Shown: positions 17,032 to 26,116, counted from the stretch's first letter. The stretch: 36,643 bases of DNA from Gammaproteobacteria bacterium (GCA_020851775.1 JADZCB010000123.1:1-36643); one strand, 5' to 3'. Notes: generated by a model from the letters alone, not told the origin. Made by a program: numbers and translations.

Positions 17032-17964
17032 ATGACGGCGGCCCGCTACATGGCCGATGTGCTGCCGACGCTCGCCGCGTGGCGCACCGCCGGCCTCGGC
17101 ACCGCGCTCGCGACGATCGTCTACGTCGACGGCTCGGCGCCGCGCCCGCTGGGCAGCCAGATGGCAATCAACGCGCGCGGCGAAGCGGTCGGCAATCTGA
17201 CCGGTGGCTGCGCGGAGGCGGCGATCGTCGCCGAAGCGCAGGCTTGCATCGCGGCGGGCCGCAACCGCATGACGCGCTATGGCAAGGACTCGCCGTATAT
17301 CGATCTGCGCCTGCCCTGCGGTTCGGGCATCGACGTGTTCTTCGACGTAACGCTGGGCGCCGATGATCTCGTCGCCTTGCGCGACGCGGCCGAGGCACGC
17401 CGGCCGATCGGGCTCGGTTTCGATTTCGCCGCGCTGCGCGCCGCGGCCGTGCCCGCCGAGGGCGCCACGGGCTACGGATGGACCCGCGTCTACGAACCGG
17501 TGACGCGCTTGTATGCCGTCGGCAAGGGGCCGGTGTTGCCGCTGCTGGCCGAGCTCGGCAGGATTGCCGAATTCGACGTCATCGCGATGTCACCCGAGGC
17601 CGAGACGCTCGAGATGGCGCGGCCTCATGCGCGCGAGATCCATGTTCTGACGACCCCCGATTCATTCCGCTGCGGCAGGCTCGATCGCTGGACCGCGTTC
17701 CTGTCGCTGTTCCACGAACACGAATGGGAACCTTCGGTGCTGATCCAGGCGCTGCAGAGCGAATGCTTCTACATCGGCGCACTCGGCAGTCGCCGCGCGG
17801 CGCAGATCCGGCGCAACGAATTGCGCGAGGCTGGCGTGGCGACAGCCGATCTCGCCCGCATCCGCGCGCCGGTCGGACTTGCGATCGGCGCGCGGAGTCC
17901 GCCGGAGATCGCGTTGGCGACGCTGGCCGAGATCGTCGCCGTGCGCGCCGGCGTGCGCCTGTGA
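17032..17964 (+). CDS. XdhC/CoxI-family molybdenum-cofactor insertion chaperone
   Basis: 310 aa. The N-terminal XdhC domain is LATIVYVDGSAPRPLGSQMAINARGEAVGNLTGGCAE. The C-terminal Rossmann-like part is RLYAVGKGPVLPLLAEL...IGALGSRR. Confidence 0.85.
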   Translation: MTAARYMADVLPTLAAWRTAGLGTALATIVYVDGSAPRPLGSQMAINARGEAVGNLTGGCAEAAIVAEAQACIAAGRNRMTRYGKDSPYIDLRLPCGSGIDVFFDVTLGADDLVALRDAAEARRPIGLGFDFAALRAAAVPAEGATGYGWTRVYEPVTRLYAVGKGPVLPLLAELGRIAEFDVIAMSPEAETLEMARPHAREIHVLTTPDSFRCGRLDRWTAFLSLFHEHEWEPSVLIQALQSECFYIGALGSRRAAQIRRNELREAGVATADLARIRAPVGLAIGARSPPEIALATLAEIVAVRAGVRL

Positions 17965-18560
17965 AGCGTATCGCGGCCGTGATCACTGCGGCCGGTTTCA
18001 GCCGCCGTTTCGGCCGCGATCGCAAGCTGCATGCGACGCTCGACGGGCGCCCCGTGCTCGCCTGGACGCTCGCGACGATGGCCGCTCTGCCACTCGCGCA
18101 ACGCGTGGTGGTCGTGGCGCCGGAGGACGGAATCGCGACGGCGCTGGCGCATGACAGCGGCGCCGCGGTGCACGTCAATCCCGCGCCTGAGTGCGGACTC
18201 GGCGAGTCGATTGCCTGCGGTGTGCGCGCGCTGGCACCGGGGATCGACGGTGTGCTCGTCGTGCTCGGCGACATGCCGCGCGTGACGGCGACGAGTTGTG
18301 CCGCGCTGATCGAGCATTTCGCACCGCTCGCCGAGACCGCGATCGTCGCCCCCGTGTATCGCGGGCAGCGCGGTCATCCGGTGTTGTTCGGGGCCGCGCA
18401 TCTGCCGGCGCTCGCGGCCTTGACGGGCGATCGCGGCGCACGCGCCCTGCTCGCCGACGCCGCCGTCACGACGATCGAAGTCGATGACCCCGGCATCCTG
18501 CTCGACATCGACACGCCGGCCGATCTGGCGGCGGCGGGCCAGCGGCGCGCAGCGCCCTGA
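17961..18560 (+). CDS. mocA: MobA-like NTP transferase, probable molybdenum cofactor cytidylyltransferase
   Basis: The GTG start at 17961 overlaps the xdhC-like stop (GTGA) and is in frame with track ORF 17478..18560. The nucleotide-binding motif is VKRIAAVITAAGFSRRFGRDRKL. LVVLGDMP is also present. Length 199 aa. Confidence 0.8.
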   Translation: MKRIAAVITAAGFSRRFGRDRKLHATLDGRPVLAWTLATMAALPLAQRVVVVAPEDGIATALAHDSGAAVHVNPAPECGLGESIACGVRALAPGIDGVLVVLGDMPRVTATSCAALIEHFAPLAETAIVAPVYRGQRGHPVLFGAAHLPALAALTGDRGARALLADAAVTTIEVDDPGILLDIDTPADLAAAGQRRAAP

Positions 18561-18578
18561 ACACGGTTGCCGCCGTGC

Positions 18579-19595
18579 TCAGGCGTGGATCGCGGTGATC
18601 AGCTCGCGCCAGGCGGTGAAACTGCCGTCGCCACCCATCGTCGAGTACAGCGACAGCCGATCGAGTACGCCATCGTAGCGTTGGCGCAGCCGCTGCCCGA
18701 GTTCAGCCGGCGGCGCGAACACCGCGATCTCCTCGAGCAGCGCGTCCGGCACGTGCTGACCCATGTCGTCGAGCTTTCCTTCGCGCATCAGCGTACCGAG
18801 CTTGCGGCCGAGTTCGGCATGACCATGAAATTCGAGCACGGCGGCATAGCTAGGCGTCGACGCGTAGAAGGCAATCTGCCGGCGCACGGCCCGTTCCATC
18901 GCCGCACGCTCTGCCTCGGTGTTGCCTGTGATCACGAATACCGGCGAATACAGTTCGAGATCGGTGACGCGGCGGCCGGCCGCGCGCGCGCCTTCCTCGA
19001 TCGCCGGGCGCACCACTTCCTTCAGATACGGCACGGTATGCATCGGATGGACGTGGAAACCGTCGGCCACCTCGCCGGCAGCGCGGCACATCCGCGGGTT
19101 CACGCCCGCCAGATAGATCGGGATGTCGGGCTGGTCGATCGCGCCCGGATTGAAGAATTCGTTGATGAGCTTGAACTGATAGAACGGCCCCTGGTACTGC
19201 GGCTTCGCACCGGTCTGGAAGGTGTGCCAGATTGCGCGGACGCAGCGGATGTAATCGGTGACGCGCGCCGCCGGATGGTCGAAGCTCGCCGAGAAGCGGC
19301 GTTCGACGTGTTGACGCACCTGCGTGCCGAGCCCGAGCCGGAAGCGGCCACCGCTGTCGCGCTGCAGATCCCAGGCGATCTGCGCCATCGCGAACGGCGT
19401 GCGCGCAAAGGCGACGGCAATGTTGGTGCCGATCTGCAGCCGGGTCGTCGCCTGCGCGGCAAACGCCAGCGGAAAGAACGCGTCGTGCGCCGCCTCGAAC
19501 GTCCACACGCAGTCGAAACCGTCCTGTTCGAGCGCACGGGCGCGCGCCATCACCTCGTGCGGGGCGGCGGCGGGCAGCAGGCTGTCGATTTTCAT
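18579..19595 (-). CDS. Luciferase-like (LLM class) flavin/F420-type oxidoreductase
   Basis: 338 aa. The protein begins MKIDSLLPAAAPHEVMARARALEQDGFDCVWTFEAAHDAFFPLAFAA, followed by LQIGTNIAVAFARTP, an LLM TIM-barrel pattern. A GAGGGGA SD lies upstream. Confidence 0.85.
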   Translation of the reverse strand: MKIDSLLPAAAPHEVMARARALEQDGFDCVWTFEAAHDAFFPLAFAAQATTRLQIGTNIAVAFARTPFAMAQIAWDLQRDSGGRFRLGLGTQVRQHVERRFSASFDHPAARVTDYIRCVRAIWHTFQTGAKPQYQGPFYQFKLINEFFNPGAIDQPDIPIYLAGVNPRMCRAAGEVADGFHVHPMHTVPYLKEVVRPAIEEGARAAGRRVTDLELYSPVFVITGNTEAERAAMERAVRRQIAFYASTPSYAAVLEFHGHAELGRKLGTLMREGKLDDMGQHVPDALLEEIAVFAPPAELGQRLRQRYDGVLDRLSLYSTMGGDGSFTAWRELITAIHA

Positions 19596-19704
19596 GGTGT
19601 ATCCCCTCGTGTAGATGACACTTCAGGCTCTGAACAAGTCCGTCCTGGGCTCGTTCAGAGACGGCGTCGCGGCGATCGTCGTGCCTGCGCTGCCGCGCTT
19701 CCCC

Positions 19705-20595
19705 TCAGTCCGGCTGGTTGATCCGGATGATGACGCCACCGGACTTCTCGTCGTGCTCGAGCGTCAGCAGCTTGCGCGCCGCCGCCTCGTCGAGCAGTTT
19801 GCTGAACGAGCGGAAGCCGTAATACGACTCGCTGAAGCCGGGCTGCCGGCGCTTGATCGCCTGCTTCACCATCGAGCCCCAGATCTTGTCTTCTGCCCCG
19901 CGTTCGGCGAACAGCGCTTCGACCGTCTCCATCACGATATCGAGCGCTTCCTGCTTGCGATCGTGCTCGCCCGCGGCCGGCGGTGCTTCCGTCACGACGA
20001 CATTGCCGTTCGCCTCTTCGACGGGATCGCCGGGCGCGTCGGCGACGGCCGCCGGCGCGGACGCGGACGCGGTGGACGCGCTGCCGGGACTGCGCCGGCG
20101 CGTCGGTCGCTTTTTCTCGTTGCGCACCAGATCGTCGTAGTAGATGAATTCGTCACAGTTCGAAATCAGCAGATCCGAGGTCGACTGCTTCACGCCGACG
20201 CCGATCACCGTCTTGTTGTTCTCGCGCAGCTTGCTGACGAGCGGCGAGAAGTCCGAGTCCCCGCTGATGATCACGAAACAGTCGACATGCGATTTCGTAT
20301 AGCAGAGATCGAGAGCGTCGACGACCATGCGGATGTCCGCCGAATTCTTGCCCGACATGCGCACGTGCGGGATTTCGATCAGTTCGAAGGCCGCCTCGTG
20401 CATGTTGCCCTTGAACTCCTTGTACCGCTCCCAGTCGCAGTAGGCTTTCTTGACGACGATATTGCCCTTGAGCAGCAGCCGTTCCAGGACCTTGCGGATG
20501 TCGAAACGCGCGTACTTCGCGTCGCGTGCGCCGAGGGCGATGTTCTCGAAGTCGCAGAACAGCGCCATGATGGTGGTGTCGGTCTGCCCGGCCAT
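19705..20595 (-). CDS. NYN (LabA-like PIN) domain protein with a C-terminal OST-HTH/LOTUS domain
   Basis: Internal ATG 20595..20593 of ORF 19705..21147. The NYN domain spans MAGQTDTTIMALFCDFENIALGA...ADIRMVVDALDLCY...VIISGDSDFSPLVSKLRENNKTVIGVG. A low-complexity Ala/Ser/Pro linker follows. The LOTUS-like part is IWGSMVKQAIKRRQPGFSESYYGFRSFSKLLDEA. Confidence 0.85.
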   Translation of the reverse strand: MAGQTDTTIMALFCDFENIALGARDAKYARFDIRKVLERLLLKGNIVVKKAYCDWERYKEFKGNMHEAAFELIEIPHVRMSGKNSADIRMVVDALDLCYTKSHVDCFVIISGDSDFSPLVSKLRENNKTVIGVGVKQSTSDLLISNCDEFIYYDDLVRNEKKRPTRRRSPGSASTASASAPAAVADAPGDPVEEANGNVVVTEAPPAAGEHDRKQEALDIVMETVEALFAERGAEDKIWGSMVKQAIKRRQPGFSESYYGFRSFSKLLDEAAARKLLTLEHDEKSGGVIIRINQPD

Positions 20596-22388
20596 CAGAA
20601 TGCCTCCGCGGGCAGCGCCATCATCGGCGCGGCACCGGCTTCGACCCGCGCGCGATGCACGGCCGTCTCGCAGATCAGGTGACTGAAGTAGTAGCGGGCG
20701 ACCGCCAGTTTGTGCGTGTAGAAATCCGCGTCCGCCGCGCCGTTCGCGAGTGCCGCAGAGGCCGCGCGGGCCATCAGGGCCCATTGATGACCGAGCGCCA
20801 CGAGGCCCATCAGGTGCAGGTAGGCCATCGAGCCCGCAGCCGCGTTGTCGGGCTTCGTCAGCGCGTTGCGCATCAGCCAGCCGGTCGCGCCCTGCAGGTC
20901 GTCGAGGGCCCGCTGCAGCGGCTCGCCGACGAAGCGCGTCGCCTCGTCCGCGACACACGCCGCGGCGCTGGTGCCGACCGTCTGCAGCCACGTCCGCAGC
21001 GCACGCCCGCCGTGCGCCGGGAGCTTGCGGCCGACCAGATCGAGCGCCTGGATGCCATTCGTTCCTTCGTAGATCAGCGCGATGCGGGCGTCGCGCACGA
21101 ACTGCTCCATGCCCCATTCGCGCACATAGCCGTGGCCGCCGAAGCACTGCTGCGCGTTCGTCGCGTTTTCATACCCCTTGTCGGTGAAGTACCCCTTGAT
21201 CACGGGCGTCAACAGCCCGATTTCGTCCTCCGCCGCCTGCCGCTCTTCGGGCGTCGCCGCGTTCTCCGCGAGGTCGACCCGCAGCGCAGCCCACAGGCTC
21301 AGCGCGCGTGCGCCTTCGTTGAAGGCTCGCGCGTTCATCAGCATGCGCCGCACGTCCGGATGAACGATGATCGGATCGGCTTTGCCGGCCGGGTTCTGCG
21401 GACCGCTCAGCGCACGTCCCTGCAGACGTTCGCGGGCGTAGGTCGCCGCGTTCTGGTACGACACTTCGGACTGCGCGAGTCCCTGCACGCCGACGCCGAG
21501 ACGCGCGGCATTCATCATGATGAACATCGCCCGCAGGCCCTTGTCACGCTCGCCGATCAGGTAGCCGGTCGCCCCCTCGTAGTTCATCACGCAGGTCGCG
21601 TTGCCGTGGATGCCCATCTTTTCCTCGATGCGCCCGCACGTCACGGCGTTGCGTGCACCGAGGTTGCCGTCGTCGTCGACGAGCAGCTTCGGCACGATGA
21701 ACAGCGAGATCCCTTTGACGTTGTCAGGCGCGTCCGGCAGCTTCGCGAGCACGAGATGGATGATGTTCTCGCTCAGGTCGTGGTCGCCGCTCGAGATGAA
21801 GATCTTGGTGCCCGTGATCCGGTAGGTGCCGTCAGGCTCGGGTTCGGCGCGGGTGCGCAGCAGACCGAGATCGGTACCGCAGTGTGGCTCGGTCAGATTC
21901 ATCGTGCCGGTCCACGTACCGTTCATCATTTTCGGAATGAACTTGCGTTGCTGGGCAGGCGTCGCGACCGCGCGGATGGCGGCGATCGCCCCCTGCGTCA
22001 GCATCGGATACATCGTGAAGGCCATGTTCGCCGCGATCATGTATTCCTCGAACGCAGTCGCGACGACGTGCGGCAGCCCCTGTCCGCCGAACGCCGGATC
22101 ACCGGCGAGCCCGCCCCAGCCGCCGGCGACGAACTGCGCATAGGCTTCCTTGAAACCATCGGGCGTCGTCACGCGACCGTCGGCATGGCGGGTACATCCC
22201 TGCATGTCGCCTTGCCGGTTCAGCGGCTGAATGACTTCTTCGGCAAAGCGCCCACCCTCCTCGAGTACGGCAGCCAGCGTGTCCGAGGTCAGATCCGCAA
22301 AGCCCGGCAGCGCCGCATGGCGTTCGATCTGCAGGACTTCGTGGAGAATGAACAGGCCGTCTCTGACCGGCGCTTTGTAACTGGGCAT
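20595..22388 (-). CDS. Long-form acyl-CoA dehydrogenase (about 600 aa, DmdC/AidB-like architecture)
   Basis: 597 aa. The protein begins MPSYKAPVRDGLFILHEVLQ. TGTMNLTEPHCGTDLG and GTKIFISSGDHD are present, and the C-terminal extension is typical of the long ACAD class. Confidence 0.9.
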   Translation of the reverse strand: MPSYKAPVRDGLFILHEVLQIERHAALPGFADLTSDTLAAVLEEGGRFAEEVIQPLNRQGDMQGCTRHADGRVTTPDGFKEAYAQFVAGGWGGLAGDPAFGGQGLPHVVATAFEEYMIAANMAFTMYPMLTQGAIAAIRAVATPAQQRKFIPKMMNGTWTGTMNLTEPHCGTDLGLLRTRAEPEPDGTYRITGTKIFISSGDHDLSENIIHLVLAKLPDAPDNVKGISLFIVPKLLVDDDGNLGARNAVTCGRIEEKMGIHGNATCVMNYEGATGYLIGERDKGLRAMFIMMNAARLGVGVQGLAQSEVSYQNAATYARERLQGRALSGPQNPAGKADPIIVHPDVRRMLMNARAFNEGARALSLWAALRVDLAENAATPEERQAAEDEIGLLTPVIKGYFTDKGYENATNAQQCFGGHGYVREWGMEQFVRDARIALIYEGTNGIQALDLVGRKLPAHGGRALRTWLQTVGTSAAACVADEATRFVGEPLQRALDDLQGATGWLMRNALTKPDNAAAGSMAYLHLMGLVALGHQWALMARAASAALANGAADADFYTHKLAVARYYFSHLICETAVHRARVEAGAAPMMALPAEAF

Positions 22389-22590
22389 GATCCGCTGCTC
22401 CGCGACGCGATGCCCGGCATCTTAGCAGGCCGACGCAACCTCACGCCGCCGGCGCCGGGCGCGGCGTGGCGCGCGTCTCCTCGCTTCGCCACAGATGTTT
22501 GCCGGCACGTGGCCCGGCGTCGGACAGGCCGCCTATGCGGCGCCCGTCGCCCCGTTTAGAATCGCCCGAGCCTCATTCGAATCGCATCTG

Positions 22591-22971
22591 ATGACCATTG
22601 CCGCCCGCTTCGCCGTCTCGCCAGCCCGCTTTGGCGAAGGTCTCGTCTGGTCGACGACCTTCACCGGTCGCCGCGCGGCGCTCGTCGATGCAGGCATCGC
22701 CTCGCACACGCAGTTTCCAACGACCTCGAAGGCCCGCTCGTCGGCGAACGGCGCGCATCCGGAATCGGGACGCTGGTATCTGTGGCAGGAGCGGCCGAAC
22801 GAGGACATCTGGTCGATCACGTATTACACCGATGGCTTCGTCGGCGAACTCGACCAGGACGAATTGCGTCAGTTGCAGCGTCACCTGCTGCACGATCTGC
22901 AGATCACGCCGGAAACCATCGGTGCGATCGTGCTCGCCTGGCGCAATCACGCCGCCAAGCAGAATCCCTGA
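22591..22971 (+). CDS. Hypothetical protein (126 aa), no family recognised
   Basis: Internal ATG 22591 of ORF 22495..22971. Third codon positions are G/C-rich like neighbouring real genes. The sequence reads MTIAARFAVSPARFGEGLVW...WYLWQERPNEDIWSITYYTDGF. I recognise no motif. Confidence 0.5.
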   Translation: MTIAARFAVSPARFGEGLVWSTTFTGRRAALVDAGIASHTQFPTTSKARSSANGAHPESGRWYLWQERPNEDIWSITYYTDGFVGELDQDELRQLQRHLLHDLQITPETIGAIVLAWRNHAAKQNP

Positions 22972-22981
22972 TCGCGCGCCG

Positions 22982-23635
22982 ATGCGCCGCACCGCGCCGA
23001 TGCATCGCGCATTCGGCTGCATCGTGTTGCTCACATGCGTCGGTGCCGTTCACGCCGTGCCGCTGCCCGCGCCCGAAGCGGTGTTCGAACGCGCAGCCCC
23101 TGGCGTCGTCACCGTCTATGCCGCGAATCGTGCGGGCAAGGTTCTGCGCCAGGGCAGCGGGGTCGTCGTCCATGCGCGTCACGTGCTGACGAACTGTCAT
23201 GTGCTCAAAGGGGCGGATTTCGTCGGGCTGAAATCCGCCGGCGCGACGATCACGGCCACGCTCGTCGAAGTGAAGCTCGCTTACGATCTGTGCCTGCTGC
23301 GCGCGGATCTGCTGAGCGCGCCCGCGCTCGCGCGGGGCAGTGCGCAGGATTTGCGCATCGGCCAGCGGGTCTTTGCCCTCGGCGCCCCGCTCGGTCTCGA
23401 TCTGACTTTCAGCGACGGCCTCGTCTCGGGCCTGCGCCATGAAGGCGGCTATGTGCTGATCCAGACCAGCGCGGCGGTGTCTGCGGGCTCGAGCGGCGGC
23501 GCCCTGCTCGCGCAGGACGGCAGCCTCGTCGGCATCGTCAGCTTCAAGCTGAGCGACGACACCGGGCGCAGCGAGAACCTCAATTTCGCGCTGCCGATCG
23601 ATCTGCTCGACGAGTTCCGGCACCTGCCGCGATGA
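22982..23635 (+). CDS. Secreted trypsin-like (S1) serine protease without a PDZ domain
   Basis: Internal ATG 22982 of ORF 22598..23635 (alternative ATG at 23000). The signal peptide is MHRAFGCIVLLTCVGAVHA. The catalytic triad contexts are LTNCHVL (His), YDLCLLR (Asp) and SAGSSGGALL (Ser). Confidence 0.82.
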   Translation: MRRTAPMHRAFGCIVLLTCVGAVHAVPLPAPEAVFERAAPGVVTVYAANRAGKVLRQGSGVVVHARHVLTNCHVLKGADFVGLKSAGATITATLVEVKLAYDLCLLRADLLSAPALARGSAQDLRIGQRVFALGAPLGLDLTFSDGLVSGLRHEGGYVLIQTSAAVSAGSSGGALLAQDGSLVGIVSFKLSDDTGRSENLNFALPIDLLDEFRHLPR

Positions 23636-24480
23636 AATCGACGCCCGCCGCACGCCGCGTCTTCACGCTCGAGCACACGGTGCGCGACGGCGACGCGCCG
23701 ATCGTGGCCGATCTGCTGGCGGAACTCAGTGGTCTGTCGAAGATGCGGATCAAGGAGGCGATGCAGAAAGGCGCAGTGTGGCATGCCCGCGGCGCGGGCA
23801 GGCCGACGCGACTGCGGCGCGTGACGACACCGCTGAAACCGGGTGACCGGCTGCAGATGTTTTACGATTCTGCCGTGCTCTCGCTGGTGCCACCCGGCGC
23901 GTCGCTGCTCGCCGATCACCGACGCTACAGCGTCTGGCACAAGCCGGCGGGCCTTCTCGTCGAAGGGTCCCGTTACGGCGATCACGCCACGCTCGCCGCG
24001 CAGGTCGTCGCTCACTTCAGTCCGCGTCGCGAGGTCTATCTCGTGCACCGGCTCGATCTCGAGGCGAGCGGACTGCTGGTCGTCGCGCACAGCCGGCAAG
24101 CCGCCGCGCGCTTGTCCGCGCTGTTCCAGGCGCGCAGCGTCGACAAGCGTTACCGGGTCGAAGTGCTCGGCGATCTGCGTCCGCGCGGTGCTTCCGGCCG
24201 CATCGATCTGCCTCTCGACGGCAAACCGGCCGTCACCGAATACCGCCTCGAGGACGTCGACGAAACCGCCGGCCGCAGTGTCGTCCTCATCCGGATGCTG
24301 AGCGGTCGCTACCACCAGATTCGACGCCATTTCGATGCGCTGGGCCATCCGGTGATCGGCGATCCCCGTTACGGGCGCGGCAACGCGGATCCGCGCGGCA
24401 TGCACCTCGCCGCGATCGGCATTGCGTTCGTCGATCCCTGGACCGGCCGCCCGGTGCGCTTCGGCGACCTGCCGGATTGA
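23632..24480 (+). CDS. RluA-family pseudouridine synthase
   Basis: The ATGA overlaps the protease stop. The catalytic motif is VHRLDLEASGLLVVA. LSGRYHQIRRHF and the C-terminal GDPRYG are also present. Length 282 aa. Confidence 0.88.
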   Translation: MKSTPAARRVFTLEHTVRDGDAPIVADLLAELSGLSKMRIKEAMQKGAVWHARGAGRPTRLRRVTTPLKPGDRLQMFYDSAVLSLVPPGASLLADHRRYSVWHKPAGLLVEGSRYGDHATLAAQVVAHFSPRREVYLVHRLDLEASGLLVVAHSRQAAARLSALFQARSVDKRYRVEVLGDLRPRGASGRIDLPLDGKPAVTEYRLEDVDETAGRSVVLIRMLSGRYHQIRRHFDALGHPVIGDPRYGRGNADPRGMHLAAIGIAFVDPWTGRPVRFGDLPD

Positions 24481-24603
24481 GACCGCGGCGGACTACTGGG
24501 CAGGACGTCATCGGGCGTAAGATCCCGCTATGCCGTCCGGGCGTTGCGCCACACGGCGCGCCGAGGGCGACGGCGCTCGCACCCTGCTCCGACTGGAACC
24601 GAC

Positions 24604-25281
24604 ATGAGCCTGCTCGGCGACGATCCGACCCGTTTTCTCGACCCGACCGCGACCATCGACTTCACGCACCCCCGCGTGCAGGCCTTCGTGCGCGAACACG
24701 ATCTGCCGGGCGCCGATGCGCGTACGCGGGCGGTGAACTTCTACTATGCGGTGCGCGACGCCATCCGCTACGACCCTTATCGGATCGAACTGAGTGCCGA
24801 AGGCCTGAGCGCCGGCCGCTGCGTGACACTCGGTCGGGGCTGGTGCGTGACGAAGGCCGCGCTGCTCGCAGCCTGCTGCCGGGCCATCGGCATTCCCGCC
24901 CGGCCCGGCTATGCCGATGTCCGCAATCATCTGTCGACGGCTCGCATGCGCGACTTGATGCGTACCGACGAATTCCGGTGGCACGGCTATACCGCGATCC
25001 TGCTCGACGGCAAATGGGTGAAATCGACCCCCGCCTTCAATGTCGAGCTGTGCATGAAGTTCCATTTGCGGCCGCTCGAGTTCGACGGCCGCGAGGATTC
25101 GATCTATCACCCCTTCGATCTCGAAGGCCGGCAGCACATGGAATACCTGCGCTACCGCGGCGAGTTCGCCGATCTCCCGCTGCTCGAAATCACCACCGAC
25201 TTCATGCGCTTCTACGCGCACATGCTGGAACGGCTCGGCAGCGGCGACTTCGAGGCGGAGATCAGCCGCGAGACGCGTTGA
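24604..25281 (+). CDS. Transglutaminase-like cysteine peptidase-fold protein
   Basis: Internal ATG 24604 of ORF 24544..25281. The Cys motif is GRGWCVTKAALLAACCRAIGIPAR. The His/Asp region is WHGYTAILLDGKWVKSTP. Length 225 aa. Confidence 0.8.
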   Translation: MSLLGDDPTRFLDPTATIDFTHPRVQAFVREHDLPGADARTRAVNFYYAVRDAIRYDPYRIELSAEGLSAGRCVTLGRGWCVTKAALLAACCRAIGIPARPGYADVRNHLSTARMRDLMRTDEFRWHGYTAILLDGKWVKSTPAFNVELCMKFHLRPLEFDGREDSIYHPFDLEGRQHMEYLRYRGEFADLPLLEITTDFMRFYAHMLERLGSGDFEAEISRETR

Positions 25282-25312
25282 GGACTCCGCCGTCCGCCTC
25301 GCCTGTCGGCCC

Positions 25313-26116
25313 TCAGACTTTCTGCTGGCCGTAGCTCGCCGCGATGCTGTCGAGCGGCGACTTCTGGATGCCGTGGTTCGGGATCGGGTAGCGCAGTCCG
25401 TTGTCGCTGAGGGCCTTGAGACCGTCGACGACCTGCGGCAGGAAACTCGGCGGGATCGCCATCAGCATCTCCTCGTCGAGCACGCCGCCGAACTTGCGCT
25501 CGGCATAGCAGGGCACCGACAACGACGGCTCGCCGGTCTTCAGCGCGTTGCCCCAGGAATCCGCGCAGGCGCTTTCGCCGACGCAGGTGAAGGTGTACTT
25601 GCGATACTGGCGGTACTGCAGGCCGTTGACGAAGGTGATCATCTGGCCCGGCGTGCCGTAGATCAGCACGATGTCCGGATTGTCGAGGCGGCCGGCGGTG
25701 ATCGGTGACAGCGCAATCGCCTGATAGTCCCCATGGCTCGCACAACTCATCGCCGCCTGGTGCGCCGCGCTGTCGGCGGGGGTGCCGTACCAGACGCCGG
25801 CCAGGTGCCGGCCTTCGAGCCAGGTCGGATCGCGGGGCGCGAGCCCGACGACGGCGCCGCACTGCTGTCCCATCAGGTTGTCCATCGTCACGCCGAGCGT
25901 CCAGCCGAGCCAGCGCGACTGGCCGACCATCTGGTCGAACGCGAATTTCTCGCCGGCGGGCGGCCGCCGCAGTTTCGGTACGCTCGAGAGTTCCTCGATC
26001 GTGCGGAAACGCTTCAGGCCGATCGGCGTGGTCTTCAGGCGCAGATAGCGATTCAGCGCATCGTTGATCGCGGCGTAGTCGTAGCTCGCATCGTCGCCCC
26101 AGCAGTTCGGTGTCAT
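25313..26116 (-). CDS. DUF169-family protein
   Basis: ORF 25313..26155. I prefer ATG 26116..26114 (MTPNCWGDDASYDYAAINDALNRYLRLKTTPIGLKRF...). Overall it resembles DUF169 (COG2043) from memory. Confidence 0.7.
   Translation of the reverse strand: MTPNCWGDDASYDYAAINDALNRYLRLKTTPIGLKRFRTIEELSSVPKLRRPPAGEKFAFDQMVGQSRWLGWTLGVTMDNLMGQQCGAVVGLAPRDPTWLEGRHLAGVWYGTPADSAAHQAAMSCASHGDYQAIALSPITAGRLDNPDIVLIYGTPGQMITFVNGLQYRQYRKYTFTCVGESACADSWGNALKTGEPSLSVPCYAERKFGGVLDEEMLMAIPPSFLPQVVDGLKALSDNGLRYPIPNHGIQKSPLDSIAASYGQQKV

Noticed and set aside
20655-22559. A 634-aa plus-strand ORF opposite the acyl-CoA dehydrogenase.
   Set aside because: It is the reverse-complement-codon shadow of the ACAD frame (checked by modular arithmetic). 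No motifs are present.
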